Assembly: GCA_002269645.1 (NCBI GenBank)
Contig: NIVC01005064.1
Coordinates: 1-27,395, forward strand
Direction: 5' to 3'
Length of the DNA: 27,395 bases
From: Macrostomum lignano
Lineage: Eukaryota
The notes below the pieces were generated by a model that worked only from the letters and a program-made list of their open reading frames with translations, was not told the origin of the DNA and did no database searches. The translations under genes and the position numbers were made by a program. Below, piece after piece: positions 12,021 through 21,770 of the stretch (its first letter is position 1; every line of letters begins with the position of its first letter).

Positions 12021-12247
12021 GACTATACTATCACAATGTACTTGAACCAGTACTGGACAGACAACAGGCTAGCATTTGACATTCGTAATGCAAATAAATC
12101 AATGACTTTAACCGGAGAATTTGCCAGCAAGATCTGGGTGCCAGATACTTTCATTGCGAACGACAAGCATTCATTTTTGCACGACGTCACCGAGCAGAAC
12201 AAGATGGTGCGGCTGTATGGCGACGGGAGAATCATCTACGGAATGCG
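12021..12247 (+). CDS. Lcch3: LCCH3-type subunit, exon 3 (loops D, A, E)
   Basis: Acceptor tttctcAG|GAC, donor CG|GTCAGC (phase 2). Reads DYTITMYLNQYWTD...KIWVPDTFIANDKHSFLHDVTEQNKMVRLYGDGRIIYGMR. Confidence 0.96.
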
Positions 12248-12315
12248 GTCAGCACGGTTTTGGGACTGGGGTGTGGGATTGGGCATAGCGGAGCAGTGAT
12301 TGAGGTGGATGCAGT

Positions 12316-12497
12316 GGGGCAAGGAGTGAGGTGGGTGCACTGGGGCAGGGAGTGAGGTGGGTGTAGCGGGGCAGGGAGTGAGGTGGGTGTAGCGGGGCAG
12401 GGAGTGAGGTGGGTGTAGCGGGGCAGGGAGTGAGGTGGGTGTAGCGGGGCAGGGAGTGAGGTGGGTGTAGCGGGGCAGGGAGTGAGGTGGGCGCAGC
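12316..12497 (+). repeat. 26-nt G-rich minisatellite (GGGGCAGGGAGTGAGGTGGGTGTAGC) x7 in intron 3
   Basis: Units start at 12316, 12342, 12368, 12394, 12420, 12446 and 12472. Confidence 0.96.
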
Positions 12498-12593
12498 TGA
12501 AAAGGAAGTGAGCTATAGATGGTATAGTATAGCAATAAAAAATCAAGCAGACTAGCACCTAATCATTTCCAGTTTATACGTACCCAATTGCAG

Positions 12594-12676
12594 GTTCACC
12601 ACCACCTTGGCTTGCATGATGGACTTGCACTATTACCCACTGGATGTACAGAACTGCACCGTTGAGATTGAAAGCT
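12594..12676 (+). CDS. Lcch3: LCCH3-type subunit, exon 4 (83 nt, Cys-loop)
   Basis: Acceptor ttgcAG|G, donor T|GTAAGC. Reads [27 protein letters not shown], containing the C-x13-C Cys-loop. Confidence 0.97.
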
Positions 12677-12783
12677 GTAAGCTGCGACAGACGTGCTTGT
12701 TTAATCTATAAGGATGTCTGTTCAATCGTTACCTCACTTCAGCACCCGACATCCACCTCACTCCACCACCTATCTCACCCTAG

Positions 12784-12921
12784 ATGGCTACCCAACGGAA
12801 GACGTGACAATGCAATGGAAAAACGGTCAATCGGCAGTCGACGGTGCTGATCGCGTGAAAATGCCTCAGTTCACGCTGGAACATTTTGAAGTTAGCACAA
12901 CCACCATATCATTGTCGACAG
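12784..12921 (+). CDS. Lcch3: LCCH3-type subunit, exon 5 (138 nt, loops B/F/C)
   Basis: Acceptor ccctAG|AT, donor G|GTGCGT. Reads (Y)GYPTEDVTMQWKNG...MPQFTLEHFEVSTTTISLST(G). Confidence 0.95.
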
Positions 12922-12970
12922 GTGCGTCGAATTTTAATCCACAATGCACTGGTTGAACTGGCTCGTATAG

Positions 12971-13046
12971 GACAGGGATCTAGAACAGGAATCTAGAACA
13001 GGGATCTAGACCAGGGATCTACACCCACCTAGAACAGGGATCTAGA
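12971..13046 (+). repeat. 13-nt tandem repeat (TAGAACAGGGATC), ~5 copies
   Basis: Directly visible just after exon 5. Confidence 0.85.
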
Positions 13047-13424
13047 AAAAGGAATGGGCAAACTTTTTACCTCAAAGGCCAGGTAGAGAACCTAGCGCGT
13101 GACTTCGGACCAGAGAAGGGGAGAGGAGAGGTCAAGGCGCATTGAGTTCTAATTTGAGCTCTAAAATCTTAGGCTTACCGGTTTCAAGCCTCTGGGTCAA
13201 GCGTAAAAATTAACGTTTAATGCAATGCAAGTTTGCCTTTTAAGTAGGATTTTTGTCGGTCTGATGAAATACATATGAGTACATCTAATAATCTGTGCTA
13301 TTTGCTCAACCTTGTCACAAAGTTTACAATCGAGTGGTTGGGAGTGAGAGAGTGCTCTGATCCTGACGTAACAGTTCTCCTGTTAATGTTTGACCTGTGC
13401 TGGTTCATTCACTCTCTCATCTAT

Positions 13425-13590
13425 CTCTCTCTCTCAGGAGAGGGAATAGAGAAGAGAGAAGAGAGATGAGAAAAAAATGAAGGAGACGAGAAGAGAGATA
13501 ATGAAATAGAATAGGAGAGAGGAGAGAAGAAGAGAAGAGAAGGGACAGGAGAGGAGGGGAGAAAAGAGAGGAGAGAGGATAAAAAAGAGG
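13425..13590 (+). repeat. GA-rich low-complexity tract
   Basis: Almost purely purine sequence. Confidence 0.8.
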
Positions 13591-13604
13591 AAACCTGTGA
13601 AGAG

Positions 13605-13701
13605 ACACAAACCATGAGCGGGCCGGATTGGTATTGTGAAGTTTCAAAGGACCCGAGGGCCGGATAGAGAGGCTTCGCGGGCCGGATTTTGCCGACCCCT
13701 G
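13605..13701 (-). mobile_element. Orphan terminus of a hAT (Charlie-like) element
   Basis: The minus strand starts CAGGGGTCGGCAAAATCCGGCCCGCG, a typical hAT-MITE terminus with GGCCCG/GGCCGG subterminal motifs. No partner TIR was found in the window. Confidence 0.5.
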
Positions 13702-14912
13702 ATGTAGGAGACTAAGTATATGATAATTTGAAACCGAAGTTCAATTCTTGAGGGAGCGATGGAAACCAAGTTACAAGTTAACTTAATTAGCATTTGATCA
13801 GAGAGACAGACGGACAGACAAGACCGACCCGCTTTGGCCGTGTTTCACGAAGCTCAATCCGGATCAGGGCCCAAAAAAATAAATGAGCTTTTTTAGATAC
13901 TATAAAATGTAGGCTGTTGGACTCAAAAAAGGGAGAAGGGGAGAAAAAACAGACAGCTTCATTGGCTACCCTGACAGTTTGGGAAGAGCGCCACGAGAGA
14001 GAGAGGGGGGAGGAGAGAGGGCAGTGGGGCTTTAGCTTGGATACCCGGCAGTGAGTCCGGCTAGGAAGTGAGAGAGAGAGAAGAGGAAAACTCGTATAAG
14101 AGATGCAGCTTCCAGCATCCAAGCCCAGGCTCTCTTCACCCCCCCCCATCCAAAGTCCCTAGTCCGGTGTTCCGGCCGGTTCCTATATCATACTACTTCT
14201 CTCCTACCGCACCCATGGGATGCGGCTGCGGGGGATAAGCTAGGGAAGAGCTGGAGAGGCTTTAGAGAAAGAGAAGAAGAAGATTATGCGAGTTTAGTTG
14301 AGCTCGGGCGAGCTGGCCGAATCTAAGGAGGATTTATTGCTGTTCAAACCGAGCGCTCCAAAATCCCGGAGTTGGGGAGCGGGGGAGGGGGGTGGTGCCA
14401 AAGGCGTGCCACCGAACTTGGGCGGCTCAATTTCCATGCCATGTGCTCAACAGGCCCGGTCGATGAGCTAATATGATGGGGCCCGGGGACGCGGGATCTG
14501 TATGAAGAGAAGTCAACATGGCTGACTGTGGGTGAGACTGGGAATCTTGATAGCTTTATATCCATCTGTTAGCTTCATGCATATCAACACTGAGTAACTG
14601 AGAATGTGTCCCGGGCAAGTGGACTCGCTGTGCAACTGCAGCACATCGATCCATTAGGGTGTGCTCAGGGACAGAAATGTGCCAATGAAAGATGCAGCAT
14701 ATTTTATTGCCAGTCTCCGGAGAACTGAGAGACCCAATACTCAAACTTTTTTTTTTCTCTCTTGCTCGAATGAGATTTGGGAATTTTCTAAGAAATCGCT
14801 GACACCGAAAAACATTGCCCGTAGGACAACGTGTAAACTCTGTCACAAGTTCTTAAGAGGCGAATTGAAGACGATGATCATAAATTGACTCAGCGAAAAT
14901 ATAAATGGAGTA

Positions 14913-15410
14913 ACTCAAGGATAGAATCAGGGATAGACTCAGGGATAGAATCAGGGATAGAATCAAGGATAGAATCGGGGATAGAATCAAGGATAGAATC
15001 GGGGATAGAATCAAGGATAGAATCAGGGATAGAATCAACGATAGAATCGGGGATAGAATCAAGGATAGAATCGGGGATAGAATCAAGCATAGAATCGGGG
15101 ATAGACTCAAGGATAGAATCGGGGATAGAATCAAGCATAGAATCGGGGATAGAATCAACGATAGAATCAGGGATAGACTCAAGGATAGAATCAGGGATAG
15201 AATCAAGGATAGAATCGGGGATATAATCAAGGATAGAATCAGGGATAGAATCAACGATAGAATCAGGGATAGACTCAAGGATAGACTCAGGGATAGAATC
15301 AAGAATAAACTCAATGATAGACTCGTGGATAGAATCAAGGATAGAATCGGGGATAGACTCAGGGATAGACTCGTGGATAGAATCAAGAATAGAATCTGGG
15401 ATACACTCGT
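14913..15410 (+). repeat. 12-nt tandem repeat (GGATAGAATCAR), ~40 copies with partial 24-nt alternation
   Basis: GATAGAATCAGG, GATAGAATCAAG and GATAGAATCGGG variants. It yields the IESG/IESR periodic ORF. Confidence 0.96.
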
Positions 15411-16372
15411 ATAGGCAAGAATAGAATTAGGTTTAGAGTCAGACGTAAATTCTGGGATTAAATCAATAGGATAAATGAAAACAAAGATGAAAGGGTGGAT
15501 TCTCATAGTTCAGTTAATATCTGCGCTATACAGAATCAGCTACGGAGCACGTGATGGAATTTCGGAACAAGATGAGGCTAGCTAGGGCACAATGTCTCAG
15601 CACCACCGCCTCAGGGATATATCTGTGTAAACACTCGGCACTTCAAAGTACAAAGCTTGAGCGGGCTTGAAGGAAAAGAATATCTGGGGAGGGAGTGAAA
15701 ATCCCGCTGCGCCGAAAAGTTTCTGAAGCTGCCGAGACTTCTAGCACCTCCGGGCAACTAAAGCATATTAATCTGCCCGGCCCTGGCCTACCCGCTCTTA
15801 CAAGCTGCGCCCTTGCCCCCCCCCTCTCTCTCTACACGGCAATTCAATAATGTTATAGCCGGCCCCTGTGTCCTCGCCGCTCTGTAATCCGATAATGCGA
15901 CGCATTTTAGCTGTTCTCTCACCCCGCCACCGCCGCCGCAGTCCTTGCGGTGCCGATTCCCTCCGTCACTGAGAGAAACAGCGCGGTGGCCGCGACTGGC
16001 GGCGGAGTGGGATAGAAGCTAAAAAATACTATTATCATTAAGGCCGCACACATGCATCTCTCGCTTTCACTGATATGATGCTACTACAGGTCGGAGAGTC
16101 AGTAGATAATTGCTCAGATAAGCGAGTGACCTGTGGTCTGAGGGGTGAGGGGCCGACTTGAGACGCTCCAATTAGAGTATGTGGTCACTTGCTAATTATT
16201 TACCCTATGTCTGTACATAAGCAAGTTCCATTGTGTTCATTTGTCTGAGGACCAACCGACAGAATTTTGATTAATAATAATTTGCCGGTCGATAATCTCC
16301 CACTATAAGAATCTGACCTCAATAATTTTAACCCGCGTTAATTTAAGATAATTATCCCACTCGGACAAACTC

Positions 16373-16606
16373 ATCCCCATAACCTCACCCCAATAATGCC
16401 ACTCCGATAATCTCACCCCGACAATCTCACTCCGATAATCTCAACCCAATAATCTCACCCGATAATCTCACCCCAATAATCTCTCCCCAATAATCTCACC
16501 CCAATAATCTCATCCTAACAATCTCACCCCGATAATACCACCCAATAATCTCTCCCCAATAATCTCACCCCAATAATCTCATCCTAACAATCTCACCCCG
16601 ATAATC
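16373..16606 (+). repeat. ~14-nt tandem repeat (CCCAATAATCTCAC) with an internal duplicated block
   Basis: Directly visible. The block ...CTCTCCCCAATAATCTCACCCCAATAATCTCATCCTAACAATCTCACCCCGATAAT occurs twice. Confidence 0.88.
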
Positions 16607-16683
16607 GCAGCACGATAAACTCATATCAAAAGTTACCCAGATTCTGCAGCAATAATCCCAACTGCCATGAAAACCACCCCAGT

Positions 16684-16830
16684 GAGGCAGAGCAGCTCAG
16701 CGCCAAACGCGTCTGACTCGACCCCTGGTTCGACTCCGTGAGTATAGCCCCATTAATTTGAGGCTCGGCACGAAAAATTGAGGCCGGGGTTGTTGTGACA
16801 TTCACACCCATGAGTGCCAACCTCTTCGAT
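16684..16830 (+). mobile_element. Possible tRNA-derived SINE fragment
   Basis: Perfect Pol III B box GGTTCGACTCC (16727-16737), preceded by A-box-like CAGCTCAGCG. The A-B spacing is ~10 nt shorter than in a tRNA. The 3' boundary is uncertain. Confidence 0.4.
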
Positions 16831-17929
16831 GGCACGCCTTACGTGCGTGATTGGTTTAGATTGATTTGCACCCACTGTCCCAGCCGCGCTCGGAGATTTT
16901 GGACAATAAAAAACAGAACAGAAAAATTATCAATCAACTGCATGCCCTTCAAGACTTCTCCAAGAAGCTCCCCTCATCCAATTGACTTTCAAAGAAGAAG
17001 CTTTGCAATGCAATCGAATCCAAGAACAGATTGCAGCTATGGGGCTTCTGGAAATCTTGTTTTCTTTTCTTGGAAATCCCTAAGTCTCGCTTTCTACCCT
17101 CATTTCTCTCTTTCCCTTCTGACGCTTCATCAAGTTCACGGGGGCCTGGCATGAGGATCTAAGATTCCTTTGGGCTTCGAGCTTCTGGTCGCTAATTGCT
17201 TGTTGCTGGCCTCCGATGCGCGGAGGGTTTCCAAGTCCATTCTGGCAGGCCGGCCGAAATCCCCCTCCACCTCTTCCTGTGTCCATCCCGGCTTGCAATT
17301 CCCTCTGTTGAGTGACGCGTGAGCGACCTCCCCCCCACCCCCAGGATTTTGGCACTTTCAGTCAGTCTACTGAAAGAGAGAATTGTTGAATCGGGCGGCC
17401 CAACGCGAACACGTAGACCTGACAGAATCACACGCTTCCTTTCCAAGGGGAGCTTCTTTTTTCTCTCCGATGTTTCGCCTCAGCTCCCGTTTCCATATCT
17501 GTTTAGTGCATTAAAGTTTCCCGCGGTGTTGATGCGTCTGGCAAACAAGGGCGATAAACAGTGCTTCAGAAATGAAGATAGAGAGGAAATAATGGGGCCT
17601 ACAGATGAAGAAACAGGTTGCAGAAATATAATAGCTGTACTTTGCTCATTTGTCAGAGCCGTGATAACGTTTCTTGTCTGCCAGATAACTATAAAAGAAA
17701 GTTTTAGAAAATCTTTGGCTACTGTTATCAGCAAAAAACAACTTTCCAAGAGTAAATGTTTGAACTTTTTTTCGAATGGCATCCGCAGAGAGTCGAGTTA
17801 ATGAAAAAGTCGAAGTAAGGCATCGCTTTTTAACTTTGTACGTAGAGCTAATTTAAATTGGATTGAAATGCACTTAGTGTACTCAATATCCGCCTTAAAT
17901 TTTTATTGGTTCGAGGGTAGGAGAATTCA

Positions 17930-18214
17930 GGGGTGAGGGGCTACGACTCCGCATTCTCGACCTTAATTCTGATTGGCTGAAGCCACTCACGGAGGGGTTG
18001 AAAATTTGGGGGTGAGGGGCTGCGACTCCGCATTTCCGACCTTAATTCTGATTGGCTGAAGCCACTCACGGAGGGGTAGAAAATTTGGGGGTGAGGGGCT
18101 ACGACTCCACATTCCCGACCTTAATTCTGATTGGCTGAAGCCACTCACGGAGAGGTAGAGAAAATGGGAGTAAGGGGCTGCGACTCCGCATTGCTTATTT
18201 TATTGGCTGAAGCC
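17930..18214 (+). repeat. 79-nt tandem repeat x~3.6, each unit containing CTGATTGGCTGA
   Basis: CGACTCC recurs at 17944, 18023, 18102 and 18181 (period 79). Confidence 0.93.
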
Positions 18215-18298
18215 TGAAGGCTCTACATATATTTTTTTAGGTCTGTTATTACACTAGTTTTCCGAAATTTCACTTAATTTATTTTCAATTTTCCACAG

Positions 18299-18451
18299 GC
18301 TCCTATCAGCGACTGTCGCTCATCTTTAGACTCCGCAGAAATGTTGGCTTCTTTGTATTCCAAACGTACCTGCCGTCCATTCTAATCGTTATGCTGTCCT
18401 GGGTGTCATTCTGGATTAATCACGAGGCAACTTCGGCTCGCGTAGCACTCG
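18299..18451 (+). CDS. Lcch3: LCCH3-type subunit, exon 6 (153 nt, loop C end, M1, start of M2)
   Basis: Acceptor ttccacAG|GC, donor G|GTATGT. Reads [50 protein letters not shown](G). Confidence 0.97.
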
Positions 18452-18798
18452 GTATGTACGCGTGCATCGCTACTCATGGCAGTAGTAGTATAGCAGTATA
18501 GCACTATTGGAGACGGTAGTTCTGGGCGTTTTCTGCTTGGATTTCTTGTAGAATGCATCGAATAGGAAGCATACGTAAATTGTATCCGTCGAAAACTGCA
18601 TTCGAATCGAGCACATAGCCCTGGAAATTAGGCAGAAATAAGTAAGAGAAAAAAACCGCGGATAAAATCTTTATTATATCAGGAAATGTTTTATTTAGCT
18701 GCTCTCATATCAAGGTAAACTACTCGTAGTTCGGGTTCCCAGCCGTTACATTTTATAATTTACCGATAAACGGCTTCTCCGTTACTATATTACTACAG

Positions 18799-19055
18799 GC
18801 ATCACCACCGTTCTCACCATGACTACAATCAGCACAGGCGTTCGTTCCTCCCTGCCTCGTATCAGCTACGTAAAAGCCATAGACATTTACCTGGTGATGT
18901 GTTTTGTGTTTGTGTTCGCCGCTCTGCTGGAGTACGCCATGGTGAATTACACTTATTGGGGCGCCAGGGCCAAGCGGAAGGCCAAACGGTTGAGAGACGC
19001 CAGCAGCGGAAATAACACACGAGGCAACTGCTCTGGAGACTTCATTGACAACTCG
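18799..19055 (+). CDS. Lcch3: LCCH3-type subunit, exon 7 (M2, M3, start of intracellular loop)
   Basis: Acceptor ctacAG|GC, donor TCG|GTGAGG (phase 0). Reads [54 protein letters not shown], the diagnostic LCCH3/beta-type M2-M3 sequence. Confidence 0.97.
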
Positions 19056-19593
19056 GTGAGGCCTCCTGCTAGGGATAAAAAATTCTCTGTTTAACCGGCT
19101 TAGTTTTAGTAGTATTTTACGAGCTAGAAGTATTTGAGAGCTTAACTAGTTGGATTATAATTGGCTTGCGTACTTTTCTGGGTAGAGTAGAATTTTCGAA
19201 ACCAAAGCTTTGGGCTCTGATTGGCTGACAGGGAGTAGAAAAGAAGGTCTGAGTCAACGAGATGGGTTCTGATTGGCTGACATGGGGTATAGAGAACTTT
19301 TTTTAGCCAATAAAGTCGGACTCGGATTGGCTGACCCTAAAGCAGCATTTTAGATCCTAGAAACGGTGTTTCTTATTGGTATAGCCAGATCGGCGTTCAT
19401 ATGGCTTTATCTGTCTGGTTTCAGAACACAGAGCTTTTTTAGTGCGTAGCCAAAACACCATGAGTGTCAAAATTAGGGCTCTAAAACCTTTTAAAGAAGG
19501 ATTTAACTTAACGTAACCTCATCCGCATGCCTTAGTACTTTTCCTGTCAGCTAAGTTGTTCTCTGATTGTCTCCATCAAACTCCTCTCTGCAG

Positions 19594-20175
19594 CACTCGG
19601 GCGTTGATCTGAACAATCAGCGCATGTCGCCGATAATTGGCCTACGAATTCGACGCTTGAATCAGCAGCTGCACCAGCAGCAGCAGCAGCAGCAAAGCGA
19701 AGACGAAAGCCGAGAAGAGGAGACCAGCATTCAGTCGTGCCCTCAGCAGCAGCAGCAGCAGCCGGAGCCGCCGCCTCCATCATCCGTGCCCGTCTACCCG
19801 ATGAGTCCCCATGTGCCCTACATCAGCCGGCCGGGCTGCTACCTGGGCGCCAGTGGATCTGGTCTCGGCGGCAGCAGCGGCGGCAGCGGAGGCGTCGGCG
19901 GCGGCATTGCAGGCGTTGGTCGCAGCTACCTTCGCCAACGTCGCGTAACCGCTGGCAGCCTTGGTGGGGGCGGCTTCGACAGGCGGCATCAGCACCAGCG
20001 AGCGGCTGCCGCGGTCATCGGGCAGCAGCTACGACAGCGGGCGTTGCAGATCCGGGCGCGAATGCCGCGCATCAAGGATGTGAACAAGATTGACAAGTAC
20101 TCCAGGCTGGCCTTCCCGTCGCTGTTCGTCCTGTTCAACCTGTGCTACTGGTGCTTCTACCTGCTCACCGGCTGA
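19594..20175 (+). CDS. Lcch3: LCCH3-type subunit, exon 8 (intracellular loop, M4, stop)
   Basis: Phase-0 acceptor ctcctctctgcAG|CAC is in frame with exon 7. Ends IKDVNKIDKYSRLAFPSLFVLFNLCYWCFYLLTG-TGA. The 5' boundary is the least certain part. Confidence 0.9.
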   Translation, partial: HSGVDLNNQRMSPIIGLRIRRLNQQLHQQQQQQQSEDESREEETSIQSCPQQQQQQPEPPPPSSVPVYPMSPHVPYISRPGCYLGASGSGLGGSSGGSGGVGGGIAGVGRSYLRQRRVTAGSLGGGGFDRRHQHQRAAAAVIGQQLRQRALQIRARMPRIKDVNKIDKYSRLAFPSLFVLFNLCYWCFYLLTG

Positions 20176-20375
20176 GCCAAACGGCCTTGTCTCTTCCCTT
20201 TGCTTCAGCGATTTTATGTTGTTGTCCCGCTGGTCAGCTGCTGTTTTGCTAACGATTTGGCTGCAAATCCTGTCGATTCTTTAGATAATATTTTATTAGA
20301 ATCTTAATCGCGAGCAGTTCACTGGCCCCTTGTTTGCAGCATACATTCTTAACCAAAACAGACAACATTGAGGGC

Positions 20376-20381
20376 AATAAA
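20376..20381 (+). promoter_or_regulatory. Candidate polyadenylation signal
   Basis: First AATAAA after the stop codon (~200 nt downstream). Others occur at 20959 and 21163. Confidence 0.35.
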
Positions 20382-21770
20382 GCCTTCAGTCCTAAGCAGT
20401 TGAATTCGGCCATTTTACGGAATATTTTAGTCCACAGTGCTTTTATACACTATACCAATACAGCATAGATTTCTGGCTATTGTGGACTGCTCGTGGCTTT
20501 TCAGTCGTGTTACTTTTTCTCAAACAGAACAGATTGGCATTGCAATGTTAACTCAAGAGCCATTCGAGCGTAAAGTAACATGTAATTAGTTAACAAATTT
20601 TTTATTTAGTATATTTTCTTACAATCGCTTGAGCCTTCAAAATAGTACGTGGCAATTACGTTATAACAAATTAAGCTACAATTAACTATATTACGGCTTA
20701 ATCGCTACCGTGCTGACAAGTCATAAGTTCATACTCATGACAAAGATTCAGTTCCATTATTTATGTCTACGTCAGACACAAGACTCATAAAATTTGTAAG
20801 TGGATGATTAAACAGAATGAACGCAAAACTGCTGTAAATTCTCTCTGATGACATGTTTTAGTAGATTAATGTTTCTATTTAACTGCAAAATTTGACAAAA
20901 TTTATTTCATTTACGAAGCAACCTTCACACACATTGACAGATGAAGTTTGAGTTTCCCAATAAAATGGCTTTACATGAATAGTATATTTATATGCATGAT
21001 TATCACTTTTTAATTTACGAAACCGTGACAGAATATACGACTAATTATAGCTGCACTTTCTAATCCACTATGATCCTTAGTTAGGTATTGAAAATATATA
21101 AAACAGAAACTCATATTACACAGGAAACTAATTGAGTTAGGAGTATTATAACAAAATAATTAAATAAACATATTATTAGGTACGGAGAATTTCAAGGTTT
21201 TTTCTGTTTTTTGTAAAAAAATCTGCGCAATATGCCTCTACGCTAGATTATTGTTCTAACAAAAATTTGAAGACATATTTTACTGATGATAGTGACGCTC
21301 GTACTACACAAAAAGCAATAATGTAGCTTACACAAACGTATACACAATAATAGAGTAAAATAAGCAGTAATTGATTAAGAATTGGATAATAATGAACCCT
21401 TTTCACAAGTTTTACACCATTCGACCCTACGCATATAGATATGAATATAGCATCAGCGACAGACATCGATATAGCCTCGATGATAGGCTTCATAGAACTT
21501 GATACACATGTACTCGTAAATTTATTCAGAGCTAATTATGGCATGGATGTCAAGCCAAGATACAAGGCCAAGTGCAACTGCCAACTTCCGCGACGAACTG
21601 ACCAAGCCGATAGTATAGTTAAGACTGCTGCTGTCGGAGAGCTTTGAGTTGCCTCTACCTGCTTCTCAATGTGACTCTCTCGATGGAAGCAACGCGACAC
21701 TCCGGTCTCTAATTGAACGCGTATCAGTGCTTTACCAGAGAGCTGAAGTGTTTTTAACGCCAACTTTGAT

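Noticed and set aside
9018-15506. Periodic ORFs over the 24-nt, 4-nt, 26-nt, GA-rich and 12-nt repeats
   Set aside because: These are stop-poor repeat translations inside introns, with no independent splice or codon evidence.
16626-16835. GVNVTTTP...PQINGA..ESNQ resembles an LTR integrase PQxNG motif
   Set aside because: The spacing is wrong, there is no DDE context, and the opposite strand is better explained by a Pol III B-box SINE-like head.
16949-17801. Several 70-160 aa ORFs in intron 5, possibly a degenerate LINE ORF1 or nested gene
   Set aside because: No family motif could be recognised with confidence, and ORFs of this length on both strands are expected by chance.
18299-19055. Assignment as RDL, GluCl or glycine receptor
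   Set aside because: M2 reads [32 protein letters not shown], the LCCH3/beta-type sequence, not the PAR-type M2 of RDL or GluCl.
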